Part shown: positions 1 through 12,539 of the stretch, piece after piece
Layout: each line of letters opens with the position of its first letter
How positions within the stretch are numbered: position 1 is the first letter of the stretch
Assembly (NCBI RefSeq): GCF_030684315.1
Contig: NC_081360.1
Coordinates: 77,799,780 to 77,863,779, forward strand
Source of the DNA: Stegostoma tigrinum
Taxonomy: Eukaryota
DNA: 64,000 bases
Direction: 5' to 3'
The notes under the pieces: model-generated
What the model saw: only the letters and a program-made list of their open reading frames with translations
Databases searched by the model: none
What the model was told of the DNA's origin: nothing
Program-made: the position numbers and the translations under genes

Positions 1-1410
1 CACCACTTTCAACTCGCCTCCAATATGAAAAACGACTATTTAAACCTGTCCTCTGTTTCCTATCTTTAAGCCAACTTCTAATCCATGCTGCCTAGGGCCC
101 AGCAATGTCAAGCACTTCTAATTTTTTAAGCAACCTGTTACATGGTTCTGTATCAAAAGCTTCCTGAAAGTCAAAATATAAAACATCCACAACACCCATT
201 GCCTGTGTCACCTCATCAAAGAACAGATCAGATTTGTCAGATACGACCTGCCCTTGACAAAGCTATTTTGATTGTCTATTATCTGCTTATTTTTCTCTAA
301 GTGTCAGTTCAGCCTGTTCTATATTATGGCCTCCATCAATTTTCCCACCATTGATGCAGGCTGAAAGGTCTTTCGTTTCCTGGGTTATCCTTTGCTCTTT
401 TCTGAAACAAGGACATCCCATTTGTAATTCTAAAGTCTTGTGTTCAGAAGGGTTTGGAAAATTTCTCTCAACAGCTCCACAATTTGTTCCTTTATTTCTC
501 TCAGTAATCTAATACGCATCCCATCTGGGCCCAGTATCTTCTCTACCTGGAATACTGCCAGCCTTTTCAGCACCTTTTCTTTATCTGTCACTGCACTGAT
601 CAGTTGCTGAACACTCACATTTTAAACTGAGCCATTGTTACAATTTTATAATTTGGCAAAACCAGAAGCAAAGTATTCATTTAGTACCCTTTACCTCAGT
701 GAGCGGCTTACTCTGCTGGTTCTTCATAGGCCCCACTCTATCCTTCAATAGCCTTGAACTATGATGATGCTTGAAGGGCGTTTTACTATTTGGTTTAGTG
801 CAGCCTGTCATCCTTTCTTCATGCTTTCTCTCAGCTTTCCTTAATCTCTCTCCTGCACTTAAGATACTCTTCCTAATTTCTCTATTTCTGTTATTATTCC
901 AGCATGCATCACATGCCTCCATTTTTCTTCACTACTTTCTCATTAATATACTAAGTCTTCGAGGGTATTCTAGCTTTGGAGACCCATTTTTATTTTGCAT
1001 GACAGATAGCTTGCACCTTATTCATCTCTCTTTTGATCTTCTCTTAACATGCACTAATTTATGTACCAAAATGCATTTGCAATTAACTAGCTCAAGTTAA
1101 ACTTTTAGAGCACTAAAATCTGCCATTTTCAGTCTGGGATCTCAATGCTTCACAGTCTTACATTACGTTCCAATCTAGTGTTGGACCTTATTGTTATATG
1201 GTAGTTATTCTCACATGCTCCTCAACTTTGATATTCTCCATATGACCTGTCTCATGTCCTGGGACAAGATCCAGCATGCATCCTCCCTGTCAAGACTGGA
1301 AATGTAGTGTTCCAAAAATTTCTCCAGCATGTATTGCAAGAATTTATCCCCTTCCAAGCCCTAAACTCTTCCTTTTTCCCAGTCTACCCAAGGATAATTA
1401 AAACTAAAAT
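1..1410 (-). mobile_element. Degenerate CR1-type LINE ORF2 fragment (endonuclease end to RT)
   Basis: Minus-strand remnants include FNYP (ORF 1361-1570) and GPDG..IRLLRE..EQIVELL..IFQ (ORF 430-618). A 'DFQEAFDTEPC'-like RT motif lies near 140-175. Many stops and frameshifts. Confidence 0.75.
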
Positions 1411-1415
1411 GGTGT

Positions 1416-1500
1416 TGGGCAACGAGGGATGGGCAATAATGGGCAAAAAGGTAGCCGGGCCAGTGAATTCCACATTCCCTAATTGAATTGAAAAAAAAAG
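1416..1500 (+). repeat. Isolated SINE/LINE 3' tail
   Basis: gggcaac..gggatgggcaataa...gaattgaaaaaaaaa matches the tail at 42541-42610. Confidence 0.55.
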
Positions 1501-2559
1501 GTCCCTGGGAGATTCCTGCAATGGTACATACTTCTGTCAATGTCATGTGGGAAAACTTGTCTATTATCACTTGAGTGGGAGAGTGTGGGAATGATGCTTA
1601 GTTAATGAGTTGATATAACATGAAAAATTCATTGGACATCTCGGAGATTAATTTTTTATTAAATGCTGGCAATTTGCTGATTTTTGGTTAAATTCAGCCA
1701 AATGTTTGTGAAATGTTCTTCAATAACATAAGACAAACTATCCATCTTTTAATCTTGGAGATAAAACAAAACAACTCTCCTCTAGCATATAACCTGTCTT
1801 TCTTCTCAGTTTAGTCATTAATCACTTTAATCTCTGAAAATAAGACACATATCGCTTCGTTTTTGAATTCTGCATTTGCTCAATTCATAATGCTCAAGAC
1901 CCATAATAAATTTGTGGATATGCTCTGTTTAACTTTAATCTTTAAATTCTTGTTTCCATATATTCTTGAGGAAAATGGTGTTGGAAGTGACACACAACAT
2001 TTACACAAGAAATTGTAGACCAGTGTTGAGCTAAGCTTTCCAAAAAATGAAATTAAACCCTTGATAATTGTAATGTGACCCGAAGAAAGCTCAATATTTG
2101 TTTTCTCTTTGAAATAATCTCATTAACACAACTTCTTTTTTTCTTTTCCATTGAAATGAGCTTTAGTCTAATCCTTTGAAGTTGTTTATTTGGGAAGTTT
2201 TGCCCATCCCTAGCGATTGCCATGTTTGTGTTCTCATTTCAGTTTGCTTACACAGACTGAGATTTGTTTTGCATATGCCCTTCCTAACTAATTCTGAGCA
2301 CTCTGCACTCGGTGCAAGTCAACTATTTCACTTCTTCCATGTCTCTCCAGTTTTCAAATGCAAGTAGTTTTTTTTCTAAGTCTCAGTCAATCTGTTTTTT
2401 TTATTTTACATATCAAAATTACTGGTATTAATTGGCACAAATGTAATCCTGCATGCTTTAATTACACCACTTAATACATTGTTTTGTCAACATTATAAAA
2501 TCTTCATTCCATATGGAATTTTCATTCTTGCTGTGATGTTTTTTATGAACAGTAAACTA

Positions 2560-3375
2560 TTTTACAATTGAATTAGGAACATAAATATTCAGATAAAAGC
2601 AATTGCCCTTATGCAGCAGATTCAACATCTCATCCAGCACCAAGACTGGTATATCAATGATAGTTAGCAATGCTCATTTCATTCTTGCCAAACTCGTGTA
2701 GAAATCATCCTTTTATTTTCCTTTATGCCTGATTGCTCCTAAACTTTCCTGAATAATCTTCCATCTTGCAACCTACACATACTTGAACTCAACCAAACTG
2801 TGCTGTCTCTTTCTTAATTTGTGCCAATTGATGAGCCATGACACAGAGGACAATGATTCGAATATAAGAAGGTAGGGTTAGATTGGATGGATCTTCATTG
2901 ACTGGAATGAAAGTAATGAACCTAATGATTTCCTTCAGTATCTTAAATGTTCTATGAATCTGTGATGCCCACCTAATCTACATTTATCCTTACTTCATCA
3001 TACCTTATTTTTAATTCTTATCCTTGCCTTCAAAATCATTAGAGGTTTAGCTCCTCCAAATATCTGTAAACTCTTCTAATCTTTCAACTGTGAAAGCTCA
3101 ACACACTCCTACAATTCTGCTTTTTTTTGTATACCCTGAAATTTATTTGTTTCCACATTGTATCCATCTTTTAAGTTTGATGAGCCCCAGTGTCTAAAGT
3201 TTCCTCCTGGACCTTTTCCAATTCTCCATCACTCTAACTGCCTGCTCTTCCCAGAGGGTCCTGGCAGCCTGTGGTCCCTTCACTGTATATCCACAATTCA
3301 ATGTCTTAACGTGTTTATGAACACCCCTGCAAGACTTTATTCAACTGAGTCTGCTGTATACAATGGAAATTGTAA
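2560..3375 (+). mobile_element. Very old L2-like LINE 3' fragment
   Basis: Degenerate similarity to the 52600-53880 fragment and an L2-like tail (..gctgtatacaatggaaattgt). Confidence 0.4.
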
Positions 3376-3473
3376 TTTTGGAATGCACCGCCTGAAGGCT
3401 GGTAAAAGCAGATTTTTTTTCAAAAGGTAATTGAATAAATGCTTGAAATGGGGAAATAATGGCAAAAAAAATT

Positions 3474-3563
3474 CCGAAACATCAGCTTTTGTGCTCCTGA
3501 GATACTGCTTATCACTGATACTGCTTGGCCTGCTGTGTTCATCCAGCTCCACACTTTGTTATC
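3474..3563 (+). mobile_element. PLE terminal-repeat (pLTR) fragment
   Basis: ccgaaacatcagcttttgtgctcctgagat...ccagctccacactttgttatc matches the 3' end of the PLE at 50143-50235. Confidence 0.85.
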
Positions 3564-4226
3564 AATTAGACAATATTTTCAAAGTTCTGTCAGCAAAAAA
3601 AACTTCAGAGTTCTCCCAGGAGCAATTAGGCTCTCAGCAAAACAAGTTTTATCGTTACATAATAGTTAAAATACAACAGAAAAAAGGAGAAGAATTGGCA
3701 AGGCATTAATTCTATCAAAATATTTAACAAAGTTATTGAAAAAAATAACTACCCATCAGCTATTCCAATATAACAGCATCCCATAAACCTATTGCGCAAA
3801 ACAGATTTCCCTCACTTGCTATGTCCTCAAGTCCAAGAGAAAGAACATTGATGAAATGAATTTAGCGGCAGAGAGAGAACTCAAGCTCTTTGCAGGTGTA
3901 GCAGAGAGAGGTGTATTTAGCAGCTTCAACAACTGAAAAGAAAACGAAACCTCTTGGTCTGTGTGAGCCCGGATCCACACACATGTGTTTATTTTGTCTA
4001 ATTTAAAAATAAAGCCAAAGTTACATACTCAGCTTGAATGGACAAGACACCTTAGCACCAGGATTGACAACATCCCTCTTCAAGAAAAACAGGCTAGAAC
4101 AATCCTTCTTACAGACATGTAATGTCAAACCATGTTTGTTAAACTGGGATTTGCAGCACTCCTTGATGAAGTAAACATAATCAACTGTAGTAAAGATAAA
4201 ATCAACTTAGTATTTCCAGAATACAG

Positions 4227-4430
4227 GACTGCTGTCTCATTAGAAAATGGGAGAGAGAGAGAGCAAGAAAGAGAAAGAGAGAGTGGCGGAGGGGCAATGG
4301 TGGTTTAACCTGAGGATCACCACACCTCAGGCAAAAGGAAGAGGTTGAGAATGAGAATCCTTCATGGTGACCTTAACCAGTGCAGGAATTGAACCCATGT
4401 TATTGATATCATTCTGTACCACAAACCAGG
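4227..4430 (-). mobile_element. tRNA-type SINE, degenerate
   Basis: B-box-like gggttcaattcc on the minus strand. Homologous to 63560-63790. Confidence 0.6.
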
Positions 4431-5884
4431 CATCAAAATTGTAGCTATTTCAAAATTAAACAAGCAGAGCTTCAAACATTGTCACATGACAAAAAACCTA
4501 TGTTTTCAGAAATTCTAACTGACAAGGGAACAATTTTAACAAAAAAATGTTTGTTTGTTCAGAATTCAGCTTCATACTGCAAAATGCTTCAAGGCATTAT
4601 CCCATAGATTACATTTAATCCTTAAAAAAGAAATGGTCATGTAACTTTTCCATTTCACTGGACAACGAGTCATTGGTTTGCCCGTCAGGTTTGCAGTAGA
4701 TGTTTTATATGTTATTTCATAAATAGAATTGGGTTTGTCCCCAGAATAGGAGCGTCTCTCTCGTACTAACACAATGTAATATCGCTCATTCATCACCTTC
4801 ATATTTCACTCTGTCTCATTCGCCTTACATCTTATATCACTTCCAAACTCAACTTCAGCCGAGTTGGGGCTTTGATGAGCTATGGATAAAGAAGCTGTGC
4901 TTTAGAACCATGTACATTGGAGCTAAAGAGATAAGTAGAGTGTACAAACTTTCTTCCATCAATGTTTAAATGAAGAATGCAATTCTACAAGAATTGCGTA
5001 CTTTATTTCAGAAAGAAAATAGTTTGCATGGTTATGAATGTTACTTATTTCTGAATGCTGGGGTGACAGAATATTGGTAATAATGTTGCAAAAAATGTAA
5101 ATGTTTGTTTATACTATTTCTTTTAGGCTCTCTCAAGGTACTGCTGTTGTTAGGTAAAAGCCTTGAAAGAAATGCCCAGATTTCATTTTATCTTGATTAA
5201 AAGCTGTCATTTTGAATCTGGTTAGCCTCGTCTGAATGCATCTAGTGACAAAGAGAAGCAATCTGTTTTGTGGGCAGGGTCCAATAATTTTAAAAGAATT
5301 TTCAACTATAGACTAATCTGGGAGATAAATTACAGTCAGTCAATCATTTGAAAATATGTTATTTAGCTGGACACTCTTTATATTTTGCAACTTTGTTAAA
5401 TGAATTGAAATCACAGCTGCATTTACCATCAGGATTAACCAAGGTCAAAGCAAAGCGAAAGCGAAGTAAGGCATGATTGTGGGACAAGGGGTGAGAAAGA
5501 AAAATATGGGAGTTTCTTTAATTAAAAAAGTTAAATTCGCAACTTTAAAGAAGCCATAAAACTTCACTTTTATTTGAAATCAGAATTTCTGTTGAACAAA
5601 TCATAATCCCTTTGCTTCTTGTTTCCAATAAACAATCTGGTTTGCTTTTTATTATAAGAATACAATTCAACGTATGCTTCTGTGGACAGATTGAAGTTTT
5701 GTTTTTATTCTGCTTCTTTCTGAATTTCAATCTCAACAGAGAAGACTTTCATCTGCTCTGTGTTGTAATCTGTTTTGTTAATAACTTTGGGGATTTAGAA
5801 CATTTTTCCACATACACCAAAACTGTATTTGTATCATTTCCTGCAGGATAATCATTGGCTAAGATCACAGATGAATACTATGGA

Positions 5885-6598
5885 GCTGTTGGTTGGTTCA
5901 CCAAGCTGACTGGTTTTCATGCAAACGTTTTGTCTCCCTTCTGGGTAACATTGGCAATGGTCTGTAGCCTCCACTGAAACACTGTTGCTCTGTCCCACTC
6001 TGAATTTATGTGGTGTGGTCTGTCATGGTGCACGGTCTTGTTTCTGGTTTTGTACTGTCTTGGCATGTAATTGGAGTCTATTTAAATATTTTTGGTTTCT
6101 TGTTTCGATGGTTGAAAACCAGGCATCCAGGAGTTCTTGTGTTTGTCTCACTTGTCCTAGTACTGTAACAATGTCCCATTTAAACTGATATTCTTCTATG
6201 TCAAAGTGTATTGAAATGAGAGAGAGTTGGTCATGTTGTTTTGCTGCAAGTTGGTGTTCATGTATCCTGGTGATGAGTTTCCTACCCATCTGTCCAATGT
6301 AGTGTCTCTTGCTGTTGCTGTATAGTATGTTATATATCACAAATGTCTTGCTCATTGTGAATATGGGGCCTTTCATCTTTGAAAGTAACAGATGAAATGT
6401 GGCTGTTGGTTTGTGTGCTATCCTTAATCCAAGAAGTTATAGGAGTCATATAGTCAGTTCTGATGTGTTTCTAATATGAGGTAGAGTGGCCAGTGTGTTG
6501 GGGCGTACAGTGACTTCTTGGTGCTGTTTATTCATCAGGCATCAGTAGACAGAACTGTGAGGGTAACCATTGTTTGCAAAGACTCTATAGGCATTTCC
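5885..6598 (-). mobile_element. Penelope-like element 3' part with GIY-YIG endonuclease remnant
   Basis: ORF 6023-6376 reads VIY..HYIGQMGRKLITRIHEH. An NGYP motif lies near 6565. No Cys linker is visible, so it is Poseidon-like by inference. Confidence 0.85.
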
Positions 6599-6599
6599 C

Positions 6600-7160
6600 T
6601 TCATCACACTTCATCGGTTACTCTCAAAAGCAAAAGACCCCATACCCACTATGAGCAGGACAAATGTGATATATAAGATACAATGCAGCAACTGTGAGAC
6701 ACAGTAGACAGGACAGTCAGGCCCAAAACTCACCACCAGGACACATAAACACCAACTCGCAGCGAAGAGCATGACCAACTCTTCCTCATTTCAATACACT
6801 CTGATATAGAAGGACATCAGTTTAACTGGGACATAGTTACAGCACTAGGACAAATGAGACAAAGACAAGCATGAGAACTCCTGGACCCCTGGTTTTCAAC
6901 CACCAATACAATAGCAAACATTTTGAATTAGACTCCATCTACATACCAGTATGGTACCCGGAAATGAGTCTGCACACCATGACAGACAGGACCATATAAA
7001 TTATGAGCGAGACAGAACGACTGCACTTCAATGGAGGCTACACAGCACCGATGATGCCACCCAGAAGGGAGTCAAAACGTTTACATGAAAACCAGTCAGT
7101 TCAGCAAACCAACCAACACCTCCAACCACAACTCGATCTACAGATCTTCGTTTAAACATA
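6600..7160 (+). mobile_element. Inverted second copy of the same PLE 3' part
   Basis: Reverse-complement similarity to 5885-6400, e.g. cccagaagggag.caaaacgttt.catgaaaaccagtcag. Degenerate hammerhead-like core at 7049-7082. Confidence 0.85.
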
Positions 7161-7940
7161 AGATGAAGAATATTTTGGCGTGCAAGCACAGGGAAACTAT
7201 CAGCTGTGGAATCATACCAAAGCAAGCAACCAAAGGCTGCAGGAGGAAAAGAACATGGCATCAGTTAAAAAAAAGAGGTAGAGAGAAAAGAGAAAATGTA
7301 CAAAATAACTGTAAAATGAATTCCACTTAACATATTTACATTGAAACTGAAGATAATTTCAGATGGAACTGTGCATATAGACAATGTCTGAACATTGAAT
7401 CCCATTATTCTTCAGGCTTTTTTCACATTTTTTTTCATGATAGAAAGCTAATAATAATTTGACCTTGATTTGCTTCTTCAAGTGTTTCCAACAGTGTAAG
7501 TGCTAAGTCGGTTGAATAAAATTTGTATTTATTTGCATATATTCATTTATTTCCTGTTCTATCATGGCAATGAATTTACATTTCCTAAGTAATATCCCAT
7601 TACGATAGAAAGGATGAAAGAAGGGCATTCCAAAAAAGCTAGCGAAACAGATAAAATGTGTGATGAATCCCACCTGAGATCAATCTCCTCTTTGCTTAGA
7701 TTTGGCACAGAAGTAGAAATAGTCCATGAGAGCAGAATGCACAATTTTAATTGAAGTAGTAGTATCAGCAAAGTAACATCTTCGAGTCAGATTAGAAAAA
7801 ATTCCATCAATTAAACATTAACAAAAATTTCTTTCAGAATAACCAAATGACTCCTCCAGATGAAAAAAAATACAAATGGCAGAAATTCTACATTCCTAAT
7901 TTAAAATGGCAATTTTCTAAAGCTACTTAAATATGATCGG

Positions 7941-8692
7941 ACATAGAACGGTACAGCACAGGAATAGGCCCTTTGGCCTGCCACATCTGCCATTCTAACT
8001 TAATAACATCTGCTTACACATGGTCTGTGTCCTCTATTTTTTGCCTATTCATATACCTGTCTGAATGACTCTTAATGTTGCTATTGTATCTGCTTCTACC
8101 ATCTTACCTGGCAGCACATTCCAGGCACCTATCATCCTCTGAATAAAAAACAAAGACTTGCCTCGTATATCTCCTTTACCCCTTCTCACCTTAAACCTAT
8201 GCCCCACAGTATTTGACATTTCCACTCTGGGTAAGTTCCTCTGGCAATCCATGCAAATCATAGTTTAAGACACTTCAACCTGATCGACCCTCAGCCTAAT
8301 ATGCTCGAGTGAAAATAATCAAGTTTGCACAATCTCTTACCTAATCCAAGTGACAGCCTAGTAAACCCCTTCTTCAACTTCTCCAAAGCCTCCACATTCT
8401 TCCAAAAGTGTGGCAATCAGAACTGCTGACAATACTCCAAATGTGGGCTAACTATTGTTTTATACAGCTGAAATGTGGCTTGGCAATTTCATTCTCAATA
8501 CCCTGACCAATAAAGGCAATAATGCCGTAAATGCTATTAATTATCTCACTGAAATGTGTTGCCAATTTTAGGGAGTTATGGACTTGCACCCCAAGATTGC
8601 TCTGTCTATTAATGTTCTGAAGTGTCTTGCCATTTACAATATAACTTCCTCTTGCATTTGACCTACCAATATGCATCATCTCACACTTGTCT
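7941..8692 (-). mobile_element. CR1 LINE 3' fragment
   Basis: ORFs 8452-8679 (LGVQVHNSLK) and 8049-8261 (GHRFKV..FFIQR..AWN.LP). Tail gttctatgt. Confidence 0.85.
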
Positions 8693-9109
8693 AGGTAATT
8701 GATTCATTTTAAAAAAATAGCATGTCGAGGGACGTCGGAGCACTGGAGGTTGGCTAATGTGGTGCCACTAATAAAGAAAGGTGATAAGGAAAAGCCAGGG
8801 AACTAAGTACCAGTGAGCCTCACATTGGTTATGGGGAGATTGTTGGAGGGAATCATGAGGGACAAGATTTATGTGCATTTGGAAAGGTATGGACTGATTA
8901 GAAATAGTCAACATGGCCTTGTGCATGGGAAATCATGTCTCACTAACTTGATTGAGATTTTAGAAGACGCAACAAAGAGGATTATGAGGACAGAGAGATG
9001 TATGAAATCTAAGTGGACTTCAGTAAGGTGTTCAGCAATGTTCCTCATCGTAGATGGGCTGGCAAGGTTAGATCACACAGAATACAGGGAGATCCAGCTA
9101 TTTGGATAC

Positions 9110-9147
9110 AGTTCTGAGGAAGGGTCACTGGACCCGAAACGTTAACT
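9110..9147 (+). ncRNA. Minimal type I hammerhead ribozyme motif (PLE-type)
   Basis: AGTT-CTGAGGA-A-GGGTC actg GACCC-GAAA-CG-TT-AACT gives stem I AGUU/AACU, a 5-bp stem II, a palindromic ACGU helix III and a GUU triplet. Confidence 0.7.
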
Positions 9148-9245
9148 CTGGTTTTCTCCTCCACAGATGCTGCGAGACCTGCTGAGCTTCTCCAGGCAGT
9201 TTGTTTTTGTTCCTGATTTACAGCACCCACAGTTCTTTTGGTTTT
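9112..9245 (+). mobile_element. 134-bp PLE pLTR insertion with hammerhead-like motif and 13-bp TSD
   Basis: TSD tatttggatacag at 9099-9111 and 9246-9258. The insert splits a CR1. Confidence 0.85.
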
Positions 9246-11064
9246 TATTTGGATACAGAGCTTGTGCAAAGGTTGAAGACAGAGGATGGTGGTGGAGGGA
9301 TGATGTTCAGTCTGGATGCCCATGTCACAAGGATCGGTGCTGGATCAGATGTGAAAATAAGAAGTATGGTGAGTAAGTTTGTGGATGACATCAAGATTGG
9401 AGGTGTGGTAGACAGCAAAGGTTACTTCAGGATATGACAGGATCATGATCAGATGGGCCACTGGGCCAAGGAGTGACAAAGAGAGTTTAATTTAGATAAC
9501 CTTGAGTGGCTGCATTTAGGAAAGGCAAATTGGGACAGGACTTATACATTTAATGGTAAGGCCCTGAGGAGTGCTACTGAACAAAGAGACCTTGGACTGC
9601 AGGTTCTTAGTTCCTGGATATTGGAGTTGCAGGTAGATCGGAAAATGAAGAAGGCATTTGGTATGCTTGCCTTTATTGGTCAGTGCATTTAGTATAGGAG
9701 TTGGGAGGTCATGGTGCAACTGTGCAGGACATTAGTTAGGCCACTTTTGGAGTATTGTATGTAATTTTGACCTCCTTCCTCCAGAAAGGATGCTGCAAAG
9801 CCAGAAAGGGTTCAGGAATGAATTACAAGGAAATTGTCAGGGTTAGAGGATTTGATCAAGGGGGAGAGGCTGAATCGTTTGGGCTATTTTCTCTGGAGGG
9901 TCAGAGGCTGAGGGATGACCTTTTATAGCTTTCTATTAAATCCTAGAGGGTGCAGACAGGGTAAACAGGCAAGGTTTTTTTTTCCCCAGGGTGGGGGAGT
10001 CCAAAACTACAGGGCATAGGTTTAAGATGAGAGGGGAAAATATAAAAGAGACCTAAGTGGTGAATTTTTCACACAGCGGGTCATGCTTGTATGGAATAAG
10101 CTGCCAGAGGAAGTAGTGGAGGTGAGTATGGTTACAACATTTGAATGGCATCTAGGTAGGCATGTGAATAGGAAGTGTTTAGAGGGATATGAGCCAAATG
10201 CTGGCAAATGGAATGAGATTTGTGTTGGATATCGGGTCAGCAGATATCCTGCACTAAAAGGTCTGTTTTCATGCTGTATATATCCATGATTCTCTGAGAG
10301 GTCATATTGGAATCATCAATACAGTTTATGCCAACTTTTGAAACAATTTTATGGACATACTCAACCTGGTTGCCGTGTACAGTAACATTGCAATTTCTTT
10401 TTTTCAAAAAAGCATTTGCATTTTTCCCAGCAATACCAGCTCAACACCCAATGTTATTTGTCTTAATTTGGAAAATCATTTTTTGCAGTTTTTTTCCTTC
10501 ATAACTGTGTCAGCAAAGTCAGGAAAATACAATAAAAAAAGCACTGGGAGATGAGATTTTAAATTAGCATCAGTGGATATGCACCTTAATTTCTGTTTTA
10601 TTAAAAATATTCCTTGCATACAACTCGAGATAAGCGTCTACATTTTTCCATGAAAGTGCTACCAAAGCTTTTGTGCTTTTGATTATCTCTGTCTAAAAAT
10701 TGAAGCCAAAGATCCTGTGGTAGAATAGTACTCCATTTGAATGCAATCAAGAATCTTTCAAGTTTTTGTCTCTGAGGTACAATTGCCAAATCCAATGAGA
10801 AGAACACAGGCAAATCTTCTTTCCAAGCATCCCAAATTCATGGCTGGCTTTGAGAATGGAGTTTTAATTTAATTGCATGTTACATTGAACTGAAAAACAT
10901 TGTCTTGCAGTCCACCAATAGCTCAATTCCTCCAAGATCCTGCCAATCTATATCTCCAAAATAATCACCAGTAGTGACAATTGTCCAAAACATTCATGCT
11001 TCTTTCATTCTCGTTATGCTACCAGTTGCAGGCATGTTTCAAGCTGCTGTAGCCCTAAGCTGTA

Positions 11065-11351
11065 GGTGGCACAGTGGTTAGCACTGCCAGAAACCTGGGT
11101 TCAATTCTACCTTTGGCTGACTGTGTGGAGTTTGCACATTCTTCCTGTATCTGCATGGGTTTCCTCCCATAGCTCAAAGATGTGCAGGTTAAGTAGATTT
11201 TACATGTTAAATTGCCCACAGTGTCCAGAGATGTTTGGGTTAGACATAGAAAATACAGGAGTGGGGATTGGGTCTGGGTGGAATGCTTTTTGAAGTGATG
11301 GTGTGGACTTGTTAGGCTGAATGGCCTGTTTCTACACTGTATAGATTCTAT
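11065..11351 (+). mobile_element. HE1/V-SINE-type SINE
   Basis: ggtggcacagtggttagcactgc A-box, gggttcaatt B-box, tgtgtggagtttgcacattct core and a CR1-like tail. Confidence 0.85.
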
Positions 11352-12539
11352 GGTCAATCTCTTCCAAAACTATTGTGATCATTGACAGTTTTTTCAACTG
11401 AGAGAATAAAACCTTAAAGCGCACCTCTCTGACAAAGTTATTGAAACATTGACCCGATATCCTTTTTTTGTGACCTCGTGTCAAATGTTGCTTTATATTT
11501 TCTCCTATTGAGGACTTTTCACTTGGTTAAATTATGTCATATTTATGGAAGTTGCTGATGTTTCATATTCCCAAGTTTCAAAATCTGACACATTTCCAGC
11601 TTAAACAATGCCAGAGGGGGCCTATAAGCTCATCATGACATATGCTGTTTACACTTGAAGAAGAAGTGCCTCAGCCAGCTAAGAATCTCTCCGGTTTCCT
11701 CTTTCTTGCACTAACCACCCCATTTCCCAGATGCTCTCCCACTATCACACTGGTGAACCATGGTATGACTGACTTTACAGATAGTTTTGTTTATTTGCAA
11801 TCTGTCCTGCACTTGTCCAGTCACAAACTGCTTCTTCCAATTTTTAAATTACTCCAGTATTTATCAAGCATTTGTGGATCTCAACATTTAAAGTCCTCAT
11901 ATCTGTCTAAGACACCTTATTGATGACAAACATTCATGATGAGGCTTGGCTAAGAGTACAGGCCGATCTGTTTTGTTCAGCATCAGCATTTGGAAACTTG
12001 CAGTCAATTGCCAGTCTGATGTTATTGGAGGCCATGAGACGTAGATGTGGATGCACAGCCGTGGACTAAATTTGACATTCCTTCATGACAGCAACCTCTG
12101 CACCCCCCAAACCCTGCACTGTCCCATGTTCATGTATTGTTGTTGGTTTTTTAAAGCCCTAAACAAAAATTGTCATTGGAGATTGAGAACTGACTATGGG
12201 GACTCCGCTAAGGAATGAAGAAATGTTATGACTTGTCAGTGTTAAGCGTTTTGCAACTTTAAATGTCATTGTTAGAAGCTGTATTTTAATGCATATGCAT
12301 TTTTACTGCAGTGTTCATGAGTGGGCTCTGTTCTGAAAAAAAAAATGACCACTACATTGAGCATTTAAATGCGCAAATGCTGGAGTCCTTTTGTTTTGAA
12401 AGCAAAAATCCTTCGGCAGAGGAGCACATTAACTGCTCCTGGGTCACTTAAAGTAACGGTTCACCTAGTATTGGGCTGACTCTAGGCGACTGAATTATTA
12501 TTTGAAATTATTCAAATAATTAGCCAATTAATGTAGTTC

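Larger units (their letters stand above)
8720..10295 (+). mobile_element. CR1 LINE RT-to-3' fragment, interrupted at 9112-9245
   Basis: SQHG..GKSCLTNL (ORF 8813), SKFVDDIKIGG (ORF 9201) and WNKLPEEVV (ORF 10083). Confidence 0.9.

Noticed and set aside
4830-4922. Minus-strand exon-like segment (ctctttag...gtaagg)
   Set aside because: All frames contain stops and the donor context is weak.
11065-11110. tRNA-like A/B boxes (also 15140-15189 and 41410-41460)
   Set aside because: These are SINE heads with no complete cloverleaf.
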